64,000 nucleotides of DNA, from positions 67,586 to 131,585 of the IMG/VR virus record IMGVR_UViG_3300050336_000170; one strand, written 5' to 3'. The stretch is from a virus (lineage: Duplodnaviria > Caudoviricetes). Of the stretch, positions 39,494-48,809 are shown piece after piece. How positions within the stretch are numbered: position 1 is the stretch's first letter; each line of letters starts with the position of its first letter. The notes under the pieces were generated by a model. That model saw nothing but the letters and a program-made list of their open reading frames with translations. It ran no database searches and had not been told where the DNA came from. Made by a program: the position numbers and the translations under genes.

Positions 39494-40617
39494 ATATTGT
39501 GGAAAAATCTTATAAATTTAGAATATATCCAAATAAAGAACAACAGATATTAATTCAGAAAACTTTTGGTTGTTGTAGGTTTGTGTATAATCAATATCTC
39601 GCTAAACGTATTGAGTTATATAAAGAAGATAAATCTATTATGAATTATAATGCTTGTTCAAATGATTTGAAGAATCTTAAACAAGAATATGGGTGGCTTA
39701 AAGAAGTTGATAGTGTTTCAATTCAATCATCTCTTAAAGATTTAGATGTTGCATATCAAAATTTCTTTAGACGAGTAAAACAAGGAGATAAGAAAGTAGG
39801 ATTTCCCCATTTCAAGTCTAAAAAAGATAATCATAAATCTTATAAAACAAAGTTTACTAATGGAAATATTCAAGTGTATGATAGCAAAATAAAACTGCCT
39901 AAACTTGGATTAATCAAATGTAAAGTATCGAAACAAATAGAAGGACGCATACTTAATGTAACCATTAGTCAGAATCCAAGTGGAAAATATTTTGTAAGTG
40001 TTTGCTGTACAGATGTAGAAATACCACAATATTCATCAACTGGCACTGTAGTTGGTATAGATTTAGGTATAAAAGAATTTGCTATAACATCAGATGAACA
40101 ACATATTGATAATCCTAAGTATCTAAGACAAAGTGAAAAGAAACTTGCTAAACTTCAAAAACAGCTATCGAGAAAGCAAATTGGTAGTAAGAATAGAGAT
40201 AAAGCAAGAATCAAAGTAGCAAGGAAACATGAAAAAATTCAAAATCAAAGGAATGATTTCCTTCAAAAACTAAGTACTCAATTAATTAAGGATTATGATG
40301 TTATTTGTTTAGAAGATTTACAAGTTAAGAACATGGTTAAGAATCATAAGCTCGCAAAGTCAATTTCTGACGTATCTTGGAGTGAATTCACAAGACAACT
40401 ACAATACAAAGCTGAATGGCAACATAAAGTTATTCAAAAGATAGATACTTATTTTCCATCGAGTCAGATTTGCAGTGTATGTGGTTATCAAAACAAAAAT
40501 ACAAAAGATTTGTCTGTACGTGAATGGGATTGTCCTCAATGTGGTACTTGCCATGATAGAGATAAAAATGCAAGTATAAATATATTAACAGAAGGATTAA
40601 GGTTATTAACAGCTTAA
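39490..40617 (+). CDS. tnpB: RNA-guided endonuclease TnpB
   Basis: GIDLG, CLEDL, zinc finger, DRDKNA intact. Confidence 0.95.
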   Translation: MNIVEKSYKFRIYPNKEQQILIQKTFGCCRFVYNQYLAKRIELYKEDKSIMNYNACSNDLKNLKQEYGWLKEVDSVSIQSSLKDLDVAYQNFFRRVKQGDKKVGFPHFKSKKDNHKSYKTKFTNGNIQVYDSKIKLPKLGLIKCKVSKQIEGRILNVTISQNPSGKYFVSVCCTDVEIPQYSSTGTVVGIDLGIKEFAITSDEQHIDNPKYLRQSEKKLAKLQKQLSRKQIGSKNRDKARIKVARKHEKIQNQRNDFLQKLSTQLIKDYDVICLEDLQVKNMVKNHKLAKSISDVSWSEFTRQLQYKAEWQHKVIQKIDTYFPSSQICSVCGYQNKNTKDLSVREWDCPQCGTCHDRDKNASINILTEGLRLLTA

Positions 40618-40756
40618 TCTATAAAATATGAACTGTAGGAACTACAGGGATAGCCTGTGGAGAATATGTAAGACTACAAACGGTAGCAACGTTCTGTGAA
40701 GCAGGAATCACGCGACTTTAGTCGTGTGAGGTTCAAGTCTTCCCTGCTGTCTACTT
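40555..40756 (+). ncRNA. omega/reRNA of IS copy 2 (guide ~40737-40756)
   Basis: As for copy 1; 5' end approximate. Confidence 0.65.
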
Positions 40757-40815
40757 CTATATACAGTACTTAGGAGTACGTAATATTATTATTTGTCGAG
40801 AGAAGTGAATTATAC

Positions 40816-41253
40816 ATAACAAGGAATGAAATTCTATTAGTAATTGATAACGATATTCTTAATGAATATTATGGATATTATTTTAAATTACATCCAAGAG
40901 CAAAAAAGAAACCTATCGATAAGCCATGTCACCCTTCAATAAATACTTGGATGATATTAAAAAGGATTGTAATGAATCAACTTAAACAAAAATGGAGCGA
41001 TTTTATCAAGTGGTTTATTGAGTATAAGAATATGTCAAATATATTGCTAGATAATTATGAAGCAGTGTTTACTACATACTTCCCTACTCATGCAAGGCAT
41101 GACCCAGATAATCAAACTCCTAAATTTATCATGGATGGATTGACTGAGGCCGGTTTTATTATTGATGATGATGATAAACATTGTAAATCTTTAACTTTAA
41201 AATGTGATTACGACAAGTGTAATCCAAGGTTAGAAATGCTATTTAAATATTAG
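40816..41253 (+). CDS. RusA-like Holliday junction resolvase
   Basis: HPSIN.W...RHDPDN..PKFIMDGL..AG.I.DD...PRLE; frame open upstream of track start to ATA codons at 40816/40783. Confidence 0.75.
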   Translation: MTRNEILLVIDNDILNEYYGYYFKLHPRAKKKPIDKPCHPSINTWMILKRIVMNQLKQKWSDFIKWFIEYKNMSNILLDNYEAVFTTYFPTHARHDPDNQTPKFIMDGLTEAGFIIDDDDKHCKSLTLKCDYDKCNPRLEMLFKY

Positions 41254-41319
41254 GCTGAATGGTGTGTGTGAATAGGATATGACTCCTATTCTATTTAAAT
41301 AGGAAAGGAGTTTATATTA

Positions 41320-42327
41320 TTGGAACGGATTCAAGATACAACAGAAGAGTTTAAAGAATGTAATGAATTCAATAGACAAATATATGAAGAGTTTTTAAGA
41401 AATTCTACTGAACTATCACCTGATAGTTTGTCAGCATATCGTTCTAATTTACGTATATGGTTTGTTTGGGTTAAGAATAATTTGGACGATAAACGCCAAA
41501 TTGATATTCTTGGCAGAGAGTATTTATTTTTTCAAAATTGGTTGATTAACTTAGGTCATTCTTCATCGGATATATCAAATAAAAGGTCAGCAATTAGTTC
41601 TTTAAATAATTACATAGTTTTATACTATCCAGATAAATATCCTACATTTAGGAACTTTATTACAAAGGCGATTAAAAAACCTGAAAAGGCATTTGTACAT
41701 GATAAAGTGCCATTAACGAAAGATGAATTTTCTAATTTAATCTCTGAATTAGAAAAAATGAAGAAATGGCAACATATAGCTTATTTAAAGTTTAGTTATT
41801 CAACTGGTTGTCGAAGATCAGAAGCTAGACAACTTCGTAAAGATATAATAAATACAAAACTTATTATAAAAAAGAAACTAGTTAAGAATGAACAAGGTAT
41901 TGATGAAGAAAAAGAAGTAAAGTACTATTTAACACCATTGATAAGGTGTAAAGGTAAAGGTAAAACTGGCGAAGTTCGTAAATTAAAGTTTGATGTTGAA
42001 ACTATGGATGCACTTAGAAAATGGGTAGATGAACGTGGTGAAGACGATTGCCCTTATATGTTTGTTGCTAAGAATAAAAATTCTTGTAAGCAGGTAAATC
42101 GGTCTACCTTTAATGATTGGTGTGCGGGTATTTTTTCTACTATCGTAGGCAGGAGGGTTCACCCTCATTTAACGAGGGAATCTAGGGCTACAGCAATTGT
42201 AGTCGAGGAAGGCAAGGATATATCTGCTGCACAAAAGTTGTTGGGACACAAATCATCTGAAACAACACAAATTTATGTAATTCGTGACGATTCTGAAGAT
42301 GCTGATGATTTATTTATAGATGATTAG
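41320..42327 (+). CDS. Tyrosine recombinase embedded in tail region (YomM-like)
   Basis: N-terminal SAM-like domain; TGCRRSE, KGK, HLTR, LGH, TQIY intact. Confidence 0.92.
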   Translation: MERIQDTTEEFKECNEFNRQIYEEFLRNSTELSPDSLSAYRSNLRIWFVWVKNNLDDKRQIDILGREYLFFQNWLINLGHSSSDISNKRSAISSLNNYIVLYYPDKYPTFRNFITKAIKKPEKAFVHDKVPLTKDEFSNLISELEKMKKWQHIAYLKFSYSTGCRRSEARQLRKDIINTKLIIKKKLVKNEQGIDEEKEVKYYLTPLIRCKGKGKTGEVRKLKFDVETMDALRKWVDERGEDDCPYMFVAKNKNSCKQVNRSTFNDWCAGIFSTIVGRRVHPHLTRESRATAIVVEEGKDISAAQKLLGHKSSETTQIYVIRDDSEDADDLFIDD

Positions 42328-42335
42328 GTGATTAT

Positions 42336-42824
42336 ATGCCATACGTTGACTATTCTAAGTTTAAATCAATGAAATCATCTGATTTACAATCTCTTATAAT
42401 GGATACAGATGAGGCAAAGGCAATTTTGCATCGGCAAGCAAAGCGCATGAAACAATGCCTCATAAATGCTGTTAACTTATATTACTCTAGTTATCCAAAT
42501 CCAGTCATGTATGACCGTACATACGGTCTTAGAGATTCAATCGAAATTGAAAATTCAGTCAGGGTTGAAGGAAATCAGATTATCATAGATGTCGGATTTT
42601 TTGGAGACGGTGCGTGGGGCGATTCGCTTTTCGGTCAGGGTAGAGCCTACAAACCAGATTTGATCTCGTTTGGGTGGCACACTAAGAAGCCTCTATTCAG
42701 AGATGTGTATCGTTTCGGCTGGTTTGACGGTTATGGTGATCTACTACAGATTGCAATCGATGATTTCCAGAGTGGAAATACAGAAGGAGTTCAAATAGTT
42801 TCAAAGAATTACTATAAATATTAA
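42336..42824 (+). CDS. Putative tail-completion protein
   Basis: YY.SY..P.MYDRTY.L..S motif; synteny. Confidence 0.55.
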   Translation: MPYVDYSKFKSMKSSDLQSLIMDTDEAKAILHRQAKRMKQCLINAVNLYYSSYPNPVMYDRTYGLRDSIEIENSVRVEGNQIIIDVGFFGDGAWGDSLFGQGRAYKPDLISFGWHTKKPLFRDVYRFGWFDGYGDLLQIAIDDFQSGNTEGVQIVSKNYYKY

Positions 42825-42827
42825 CTA

Positions 42828-42845
42828 ATCAAATAGCGATTTCAT
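42828..42845. repeat. 6-6-6 site
   Basis: ATCAAA-TAGCGA-TTTCAT three bases after a stop codon. Confidence 0.55.
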
Positions 42846-42894
42846 CAATAAAAATAAAATAGGGGTGCTGATTACACCCCAACTTGACTACAAA

Positions 42895-43020
42895 CTACTT
42901 TGATCTGATGGTTTTTGTTGTTGTTTTAGTTGAACTTCCATTGCTCACAGTTGTTCTAACAACAATATTTTTCCCAACAGGTTTAGCTGTAGACCTGATA
43001 GAGATTCTGCGAACTGACAT
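42895..43020 (-). CDS. 41-aa basic Thr/Ser-rich peptide (moron)
   Basis: GGAGGTGA RBS; MSVRRISIRSTAKPVGKNIVVRTTVSNGSSTKTTTKTIRSK; TTGACT-17-TAAAAT promoter; GGGGTG/CACCCC terminator. Confidence 0.75.
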   Translation of the reverse strand: MSVRRISIRSTAKPVGKNIVVRTTVSNGSSTKTTTKTIRSK

Positions 43021-43226
43021 ATGTATCACCTCCCTTCAATTGGCACTTAAATAAATTAAATAATATTAAGTGAAAGGTGAAGGGATTAACATACGACAAT
43101 TAGCAATCAACACCCAAATATATTTTACTATATTATTTCAGTAAAGTCAATATTTTACTTGTGGCAGTAGGGGTACTCCCCTACTATATTTATAAACAAA
43201 AATAAACAATAAGCGAGGTAAAGATT

Positions 43227-43529
43227 ATGACGTTCTTATATGTATTACTGGCATTTATTTGTGGCATTGTATTTGGTCTTATTGGTATACCTTGGATTTC
43301 AACAAAAGCAGATGATATATATCATGAATCTGAATTGTCAAAGTCAGCAAGGAATATTGAGATAGCAAAGAATAACGTTAAAGTAGCATTGATTAATGAA
43401 CAATTATCCGTGTCAAATGTTAATGCTGTTGGTTTTGATACAGGAAATTCAGATGAATATGAGTATTTAGAGGAGGATATTATCAGAAAGCCAATAAAAA
43501 ATAGAAAAGTAGGATTTGGAAGATGGTAA
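43227..43529 (+). CDS. Membrane-anchored hypothetical protein
   Basis: N-terminal TM segment; AVGF motif. Confidence 0.7.
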   Translation: MTFLYVLLAFICGIVFGLIGIPWISTKADDIYHESELSKSARNIEIAKNNVKVALINEQLSVSNVNAVGFDTGNSDEYEYLEEDIIRKPIKNRKVGFGRW

Positions 43530-44746
43530 AACCTTTTTTAGATACCAATATACTTCTTGATATGACAGAAGAAAATTTTCATGAACGATTTGTTATTTCT
43601 AGTAAGTCATTAGAAGAAATCGAACAGATTAAAACTAATTATAACAAGTCCGAAGAAATTAAGTATAAGGCGCGTAAAATTTCGAGGTTACTTAATACAT
43701 ATTTTGATAAATATGATGTAGCGATTATTTATCAGCAAAATTACGATATTCTTAACAATTTTAATTTGCCAGTAATAAACGATAATCTAATTTTAAGTTC
43801 TGCTTGGTTGTGGAATAAAGAAATTGAACACATTGAGTTTAATACAAACGACAACAATTGCAGACTATTAGCCGATAAAGTGTTTGATTTAGATGTTGTA
43901 TATAGTCAAAACAATTTAAATGATATAGATTATACTGGATATAAAATTGTTTCATTGAACGATGATGAAATGGAATACTTTTATAGTCACAAAAACACAA
44001 ATATTTATGATTTGAACATCAATGAATATTTATTGATCAAAAATATTAATGATGAAATTAAAGATAGATATAAATGGGATGGTAAAACGCATTTAAATAT
44101 CAAATTTAAATCGTTTAAATCTAAAACTTTTGGTGAAATAAAACCTCTTGACGAAATACAGATGTGTGTTTTCGACTCTATCACTAATAATGAGATTACT
44201 ATGCTTTATGGGAAAGCTGGTAGTGGCAAGACAACGTTGCCACTTGCCTATATAATGCAAGGTTTGGAAACACAGAAAATTAAAAAGTGTTTTATTATAT
44301 ATCATTATGAAACTCTCAAAGGTGCTAAAACTTTAGGTTTTGAGAAGGGCGATCATGATCAAAAATTATTGAATACTGGTTCATTGGGTAACATTTTGCA
44401 ATCAAAATTTTCAGATTATAAATATATTACATCTTTATTGGGAGATAAATTAGAAATTATACCCACTGCGAATATTCGCGGAGTTGAATTTGGTGCTGAA
44501 GATTTGGTTTTTGTAACTGAGTGTCAAAATATAAACCCATATACACTCAAGACTATTATTCAAAGATGTAAATCTGGGTGTAAACAGATTTATGAGGGTG
44601 ATATGTTAGAGCAATCCGATGTAAATATGAATATTAGTGGAATGAAACGGATGTTAGAAGTATTTAAAGGCTATGGTAATTTTGGATGTGTTAAATTAAA
44701 AAATAACTACAGAAGTGAAATCTGTGAGTTAGCAGATCAAATGTAA
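43523..44746 (+). CDS. phoH: PIN-PhoH (PhoH2/YlaK-like) protein
   Basis: FLDTN, DNLIL, TNDN (PIN); GKAGSGKT, IRG, ECQN, EGD..Q.D, RSEI. Confidence 0.9.
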   Translation: MVKPFLDTNILLDMTEENFHERFVISSKSLEEIEQIKTNYNKSEEIKYKARKISRLLNTYFDKYDVAIIYQQNYDILNNFNLPVINDNLILSSAWLWNKEIEHIEFNTNDNNCRLLADKVFDLDVVYSQNNLNDIDYTGYKIVSLNDDEMEYFYSHKNTNIYDLNINEYLLIKNINDEIKDRYKWDGKTHLNIKFKSFKSKTFGEIKPLDEIQMCVFDSITNNEITMLYGKAGSGKTTLPLAYIMQGLETQKIKKCFIIYHYETLKGAKTLGFEKGDHDQKLLNTGSLGNILQSKFSDYKYITSLLGDKLEIIPTANIRGVEFGAEDLVFVTECQNINPYTLKTIIQRCKSGCKQIYEGDMLEQSDVNMNISGMKRMLEVFKGYGNFGCVKLKNNYRSEICELADQM

Positions 44747-44798
44747 AGGATTTGATATTCTTGAATTTGTAATTTAAACGGAAGTGTAGGTATTAGAA

Positions 44799-45206
44799 AT
44801 GGCTGAAATAGAGTGTGTTTATCATTTTGATCATGAAAATAGATTAAAAAGAAACGAATCTGATATAACTGAAATTAAATCTGACCTGACTGATTTAAAA
44901 CTCAGTCAAGCAGAGGTCAATACTACATTTGTGACATTTATGAAGTCTATGGAAAAGAATACAGAAAGACAGACTGAAATACTTGAAACAATGAAAACAA
45001 ATCAGATTGAAACTGGTCATGAAATAAAAGATATGAAAATTGACATTGAAGTTATTAAGAAATGTCAAAATAAAAATGAAGAAAAATTAGAAAGTGTTGA
45101 TGAGAAAAGTAAAGTAGATTTTGTTTTGCTTATTAAAAATAATATCTGGAAAGTAGTTACATTTTTAATGGCTGGTTATGCAGTTTATATGACATTAATC
45201 AAATAA
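44799..45206 (+). CDS. Coiled-coil protein with C-terminal TM helix (XhlA/holin-associated-like)
   Basis: Heptad pattern and hydrophobic C-terminus. Confidence 0.6.
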   Translation: MAEIECVYHFDHENRLKRNESDITEIKSDLTDLKLSQAEVNTTFVTFMKSMEKNTERQTEILETMKTNQIETGHEIKDMKIDIEVIKKCQNKNEEKLESVDEKSKVDFVLLIKNNIWKVVTFLMAGYAVYMTLIK

Positions 45207-45236
45207 TAATTAAAGTGAGGTACTTACATAATACAC

Positions 45237-45758
45237 ATGGTTAAAACAATAAATTTTAACAATAAAGAATATAGTATTAAATATTACTTGAGTAATGATG
45301 AATTTGCTCAATTTATTGCAACTTCTATATCAAGTATACATTCACAAGATTTGCCACATTTTATAACTAGTCCACTAATTAGGGATAAGGCAATTTGTCA
45401 GTATTATGCTGACCTAAGTGAAGATGAAACTAATCAGATTATTGAGGTGTTTGATGATAATGGAATGCGATTAGTAGATGTTATCAAAAGCAATATCTAT
45501 TATCCACAACTTGAAGATATCATTCATGCAATTGATGAAGGTGTAAAAGAACTGATAAAATCGGAGATTTATAGTGATTCTCCAGATAGTAAAGTTAATC
45601 AAATATTGGATACTATTCTTGAATTTAGTAATAATTTGCCTAAGTGGGCTAAGAAGATTGACAAGTTGCTTAAACATAAAGATATAAATAAGATATATGA
45701 CTTGCTTGCTCCTGCTGTTATGAAGATTGTGAGTGGGAATAGCGTTAAGAAAGAGTAG
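45237..45758 (+). CDS. Hypothetical protein, possible tail assembly chaperone
   Basis: Last co-oriented phage core gene before tape measure once morons are removed. Confidence 0.5.
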   Translation: MVKTINFNNKEYSIKYYLSNDEFAQFIATSISSIHSQDLPHFITSPLIRDKAICQYYADLSEDETNQIIEVFDDNGMRLVDVIKSNIYYPQLEDIIHAIDEGVKELIKSEIYSDSPDSKVNQILDTILEFSNNLPKWAKKIDKLLKHKDINKIYDLLAPAVMKIVSGNSVKKE

Positions 45759-45842
45759 ATTATTTTATTTGAGTTATATATATTTTATAAGTTAACGGTG
45801 TCTCGTAAAACACCATTAACTCAGATTATTCACTATTGTTGT

Positions 45843-46820
45843 CTAAAATTTATACTTATTTAGAATTTCAATTGTATGACGTTTTCTTTCTCCGAGTAAA
45901 GTAAGAGCGTAAGAATATCGTGCGTCTATATATTTTGAGTTAAGGATTTTTTCTAGAGTGCAATCGCTACCTATATTGAGTTGTTCAAAATTCCTATCAT
46001 TTGTTACTAACCACTTGTAGGTTATTGCTCTCATGCGTCCTGTGATTTCATGATATTGTTTACATAGATGGTAAATTTGTTCATTTACCCATTCTTTGTA
46101 TTTGGTGTCAGAGTACAGGGCAACAGTTTGTGCTTTGCGTTCAAGATCATTGCCGAATATGAGTCTTAACATAGCGGTTTTAAATTCATTGAAATCACAG
46201 ATTTGAGTTGAAATGCGTTTGTGGATAAATGATGTGTCTGTATCTGGTGATTTTAAATTTGTTACGATTTGCTGAATTTGTGATTTGATATCTTCTATGG
46301 TGTAACCTAATGCTGGTATGGTATCATTAGTATAATCTTGTAGGAATCTGATATTGTCTTGGATATGTATAATATCCTGTTGGGTATCGGTCTGACGTTC
46401 TGCTAGGGCTTTTACTGCTTCCGATATGTGGTAAAGGGCTATATCTGAGGTGGAGCTAGGGGTAGTATTATAGCATCCGGTTTTTCTAATTTCTTTAATA
46501 ACTTTTCTAGCCCATGCCCTAAATATTTGTGCTGTGGCTGTCTTGGACAAAAATGTTATCTCATAGATACCGTCTTCATTAAAAAGTCTTGTATCGTAAG
46601 ACTTTCCGTCAGTACTAACCAATTTGGTTATTACTGAAAATTCCTCTGTTTTAAGATAATCGTGTCTTGATGCCAATTTATTGATTGCGATAATTGGATC
46701 AGTGTATCCCAGACATTTACCAAGTTGATCTGCTGACATGTATATGTTGTTGTTATCGTTATAAAAATCTGCATTGATACCATTGAAGTTATCGCTTTTT
46801 GATAAGACTAAATTTGACAT
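45843..46820 (-). CDS. BRO-N domain antirepressor-like protein
   Basis: QLGKCLGY, DGKSY.TRLFNEDGIYE, A..FR.W...VIKEIRKTG.Y. Confidence 0.88.
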   Translation of the reverse strand: MSNLVLSKSDNFNGINADFYNDNNNIYMSADQLGKCLGYTDPIIAINKLASRHDYLKTEEFSVITKLVSTDGKSYDTRLFNEDGIYEITFLSKTATAQIFRAWARKVIKEIRKTGCYNTTPSSTSDIALYHISEAVKALAERQTDTQQDIIHIQDNIRFLQDYTNDTIPALGYTIEDIKSQIQQIVTNLKSPDTDTSFIHKRISTQICDFNEFKTAMLRLIFGNDLERKAQTVALYSDTKYKEWVNEQIYHLCKQYHEITGRMRAITYKWLVTNDRNFEQLNIGSDCTLEKILNSKYIDARYSYALTLLGERKRHTIEILNKYKF

Positions 46821-46884
46821 ATTATTACGTTTCCTTTCAAATTAATATGATTGAATTTCTTTGAAAGGTATGTTACTATACAGT

Positions 46885-46965
46885 TGTATAGAGTGTATAG
46901 AACATACTCTCTCTAATATGGAGTATTGGTTGCTTTGCGAGGGCTGTCAATACTCCATGTTTATT
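46885..46965 (+). ncRNA. Candidate antisense sRNA between RHH and BRO genes
   Basis: TTGAAT-17-(TG)TACTAT promoter at 46851-46879; hairpin AGAGTGT/ATACTCT; terminator ATGGAGTATTG/CAATACTCCAT. Confidence 0.55.
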
Positions 46966-47101
46966 TCCCTAACTTTTTAATGTATTCACTACATGCAATT
47001 TTTATTACTGCGGCAATTGAAATGCCTTGTTCTTTTGATATTTGTTCAAGTTTGGAATACATTTCGTCAGGTATAACTATGTTTCTTGTGATATAATGCA
47101 C
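46961..47101 (-). CDS. Ribbon-helix-helix (CopG-like) regulator
   Basis: TRNIVIPDEMYSKLEQISKEQGISIAAVIKIACSEYI; GGAGG RBS; start GTG 47101 or ATC 47092. Confidence 0.8.
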   Translation of the reverse strand: MHYITRNIVIPDEMYSKLEQISKEQGISIAAVIKIACSEYIKKLGK

Positions 47102-47112
47102 CTCCAATCTAC

Positions 47113-47147
47113 AGTACCATTATAGTACCACTTCGGCACATTGTCAA
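47113..47147 (-). promoter_or_regulatory. Consensus promoter with GGTACT direct repeats flanking -10
   Basis: TTGACA-17-TATAAT; TGGTACT on each side of the -10 box. Confidence 0.8.
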
Positions 47148-47204
47148 CCATAAATAACCAACAAAAAAGACAGCCATGTTATAGCTGTCTTGTATAGTAA
47201 TTGA

Positions 47205-47759
47205 TTACGCATTGTATGACAACATTATTCCATAAACAATATCATTTTCTAAAAACAAGCTCATTCTGTATCTTGCACCATCTTGACTCGTTAAAATATT
47301 ATAGTTTTTGTCGAAAAATAGTACAACTAATAATGGTGAAATAACATTTTCTTCTCCGACTAAATCAATAATTTCATTTAATGTTGTGCCAGTATGAATT
47401 CCATAATACCCATACCAATCACCATTTGTTTCATTTTTAAAGTCCATATTAACCATTATAGTATTTGCTTTGTTATTAATATACATTATGGTTAATTCTT
47501 GTTCTGTATAATTGTATACATTTTCTGTATTAGATTCTGAGTTTAGATAATTTTCTCCAAATATTTTATCTATTTCTTCCTTTTCCATGCTTAATAACAA
47601 TTCAATTTTATATTTATTGTTATATAATGCTTTTGGAATTGATGCAGATTTGTTACTTGATGGAAATAGTAGTATATAAATAATTGCTATTAAAATTAAA
47701 ATTACTGGAATACCGATTAAAAGTATTTTTTTAGTTTTATTGTTACTATAAGATACCAT
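47205..47759 (-). CDS. Membrane-anchored extracellular protein (moron)
   Basis: N-terminal TM helix; repeated EI...GE beta-lactamase-inhibitor-like pattern. Confidence 0.7.
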   Translation of the reverse strand: MVSYSNNKTKKILLIGIPVILILIAIIYILLFPSSNKSASIPKALYNNKYKIELLLSMEKEEIDKIFGENYLNSESNTENVYNYTEQELTIMYINNKANTIMVNMDFKNETNGDWYGYYGIHTGTTLNEIIDLVGEENVISPLLVVLFFDKNYNILTSQDGARYRMSLFLENDIVYGIMLSYNA

Positions 47760-47806
47760 ATTAATACTCTTTTCAAATCACATAATAAACACTTTAAAAC
47801 TTCTAT

Positions 47807-47824
47807 ATCAAGATATGGTTTTAT
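47807..47824. repeat. 6-6-6 site
   Basis: ATCAAG-ATATGG-TTTTAT between two morons. Confidence 0.55.
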
Positions 47825-47831
47825 AATCTAG

Positions 47832-48656
47832 TTAATTAAAATCTTGAACTTCTAATTTGTAATGTGTTGGTTCGCCTCTAACTTCTGTCATTATTTCAAA
47901 TTGTTGATTTTCCTTGGGTAATATTCCTTCTGATCCGACTGCATAAGTCCAATCTGTAGTAAGAACTTCGTTATTATCGTCATAATATGTTACTCTAACT
48001 TCAACGAAATAATGATCTTTAGTGCTTATATTTTTTATAGTACCATAACAATACCAATAGTCACCGTCTTTTTTTATACTATCGTCAGAAATGACAAGTG
48101 GATTTTTTTCATTTTGAATTGATAGTGCTTCAGACATGGAGATAGTTTTAGTCAATTCGGAAATTTGTGTTATTACAGATTGTTCATTGTCAACAGCAAG
48201 TGGATAAAAATCTTCTGGTTTTTCATTGTAATGTTGTCTCATAAGATATATAACATCGTATCCAGCGTTAGCAAGCATTTGTGAAGCTTCTGTTTTTATA
48301 TCATTAACCTCATTTGAACAATTTGCGGATTCTGCTATTTCAGAATATCCTATACAGTTGGCTATTGTAAGCATAAGATAAGCTCTATACATTCTTTCGT
48401 CTGGATTATAATTATCTACACTGTACCACCAAAGCGTTATCGAGTCCATAATATCTATTTTGTCTTCGTAATCACTAATTAGAGTTTTAATAATAAGTGA
48501 TTCTGATTTTTCATACGCTTTGTCGTAATTTCCATTAAGATATAACGATTTTATAGAAGATGCTGCATTAAGCTGACATAAGTAAAATACAAAAATGATA
48601 AGAATTAAAGATATTGCTGCGATTACTATTTTTTTAAATTTAGTTTTTACTTTCAT
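47832..48656 (-). CDS. Membrane-anchored protein with C-terminal FxLYD-type Ig-like domain
   Basis: Start corrected to ATG 48656 (AAGGAG); GTIKN...VEVRVTYYD..NEVL...I.P.E...F. Confidence 0.75.
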   Translation of the reverse strand: MKVKTKFKKIVIAAISLILIIFVFYLCQLNAASSIKSLYLNGNYDKAYEKSESLIIKTLISDYEDKIDIMDSITLWWYSVDNYNPDERMYRAYLMLTIANCIGYSEIAESANCSNEVNDIKTEASQMLANAGYDVIYLMRQHYNEKPEDFYPLAVDNEQSVITQISELTKTISMSEALSIQNEKNPLVISDDSIKKDGDYWYCYGTIKNISTKDHYFVEVRVTYYDDNNEVLTTDWTYAVGSEGILPKENQQFEIMTEVRGEPTHYKLEVQDFN

Positions 48657-48740
48657 AGAAACACTCCTTTCAAATATGTAAGGAGGAAGATTATTACAAT
48701 TATAACATAAATAAAATGGCAAGTAAATACTAAATTGGTT

Positions 48741-48769
48741 TTGACAGTAAGAATTTTCCATGATATAAT
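48741..48769 (+). promoter_or_regulatory. Consensus SigA promoter
   Basis: TTGACA-17-(TG)TATAAT. Confidence 0.8.
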
Positions 48770-48809
48770 AAGTACATAAGTCCTTTACATATTTTGAAAG
48801 GATGATTTT

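Larger units (their letters stand above)
38966..40736 (+). mobile_element. IS200/IS605-family element, copy 2
   Basis: Target TTGAG (38961-38965); left hairpin CCCGTGAC-TTTA-GTCATGGG; right hairpin CACGCGAC-TTTA-GTCGTGTG ending GTTCAA. Confidence 0.93.

Noticed and set aside
18022-40736. IStron (group I intron-IS fusion) for either IS605 copy
   Set aside because: tnpA follows the left hairpin within ~125 bp with no intron core; the two true introns are separate loci
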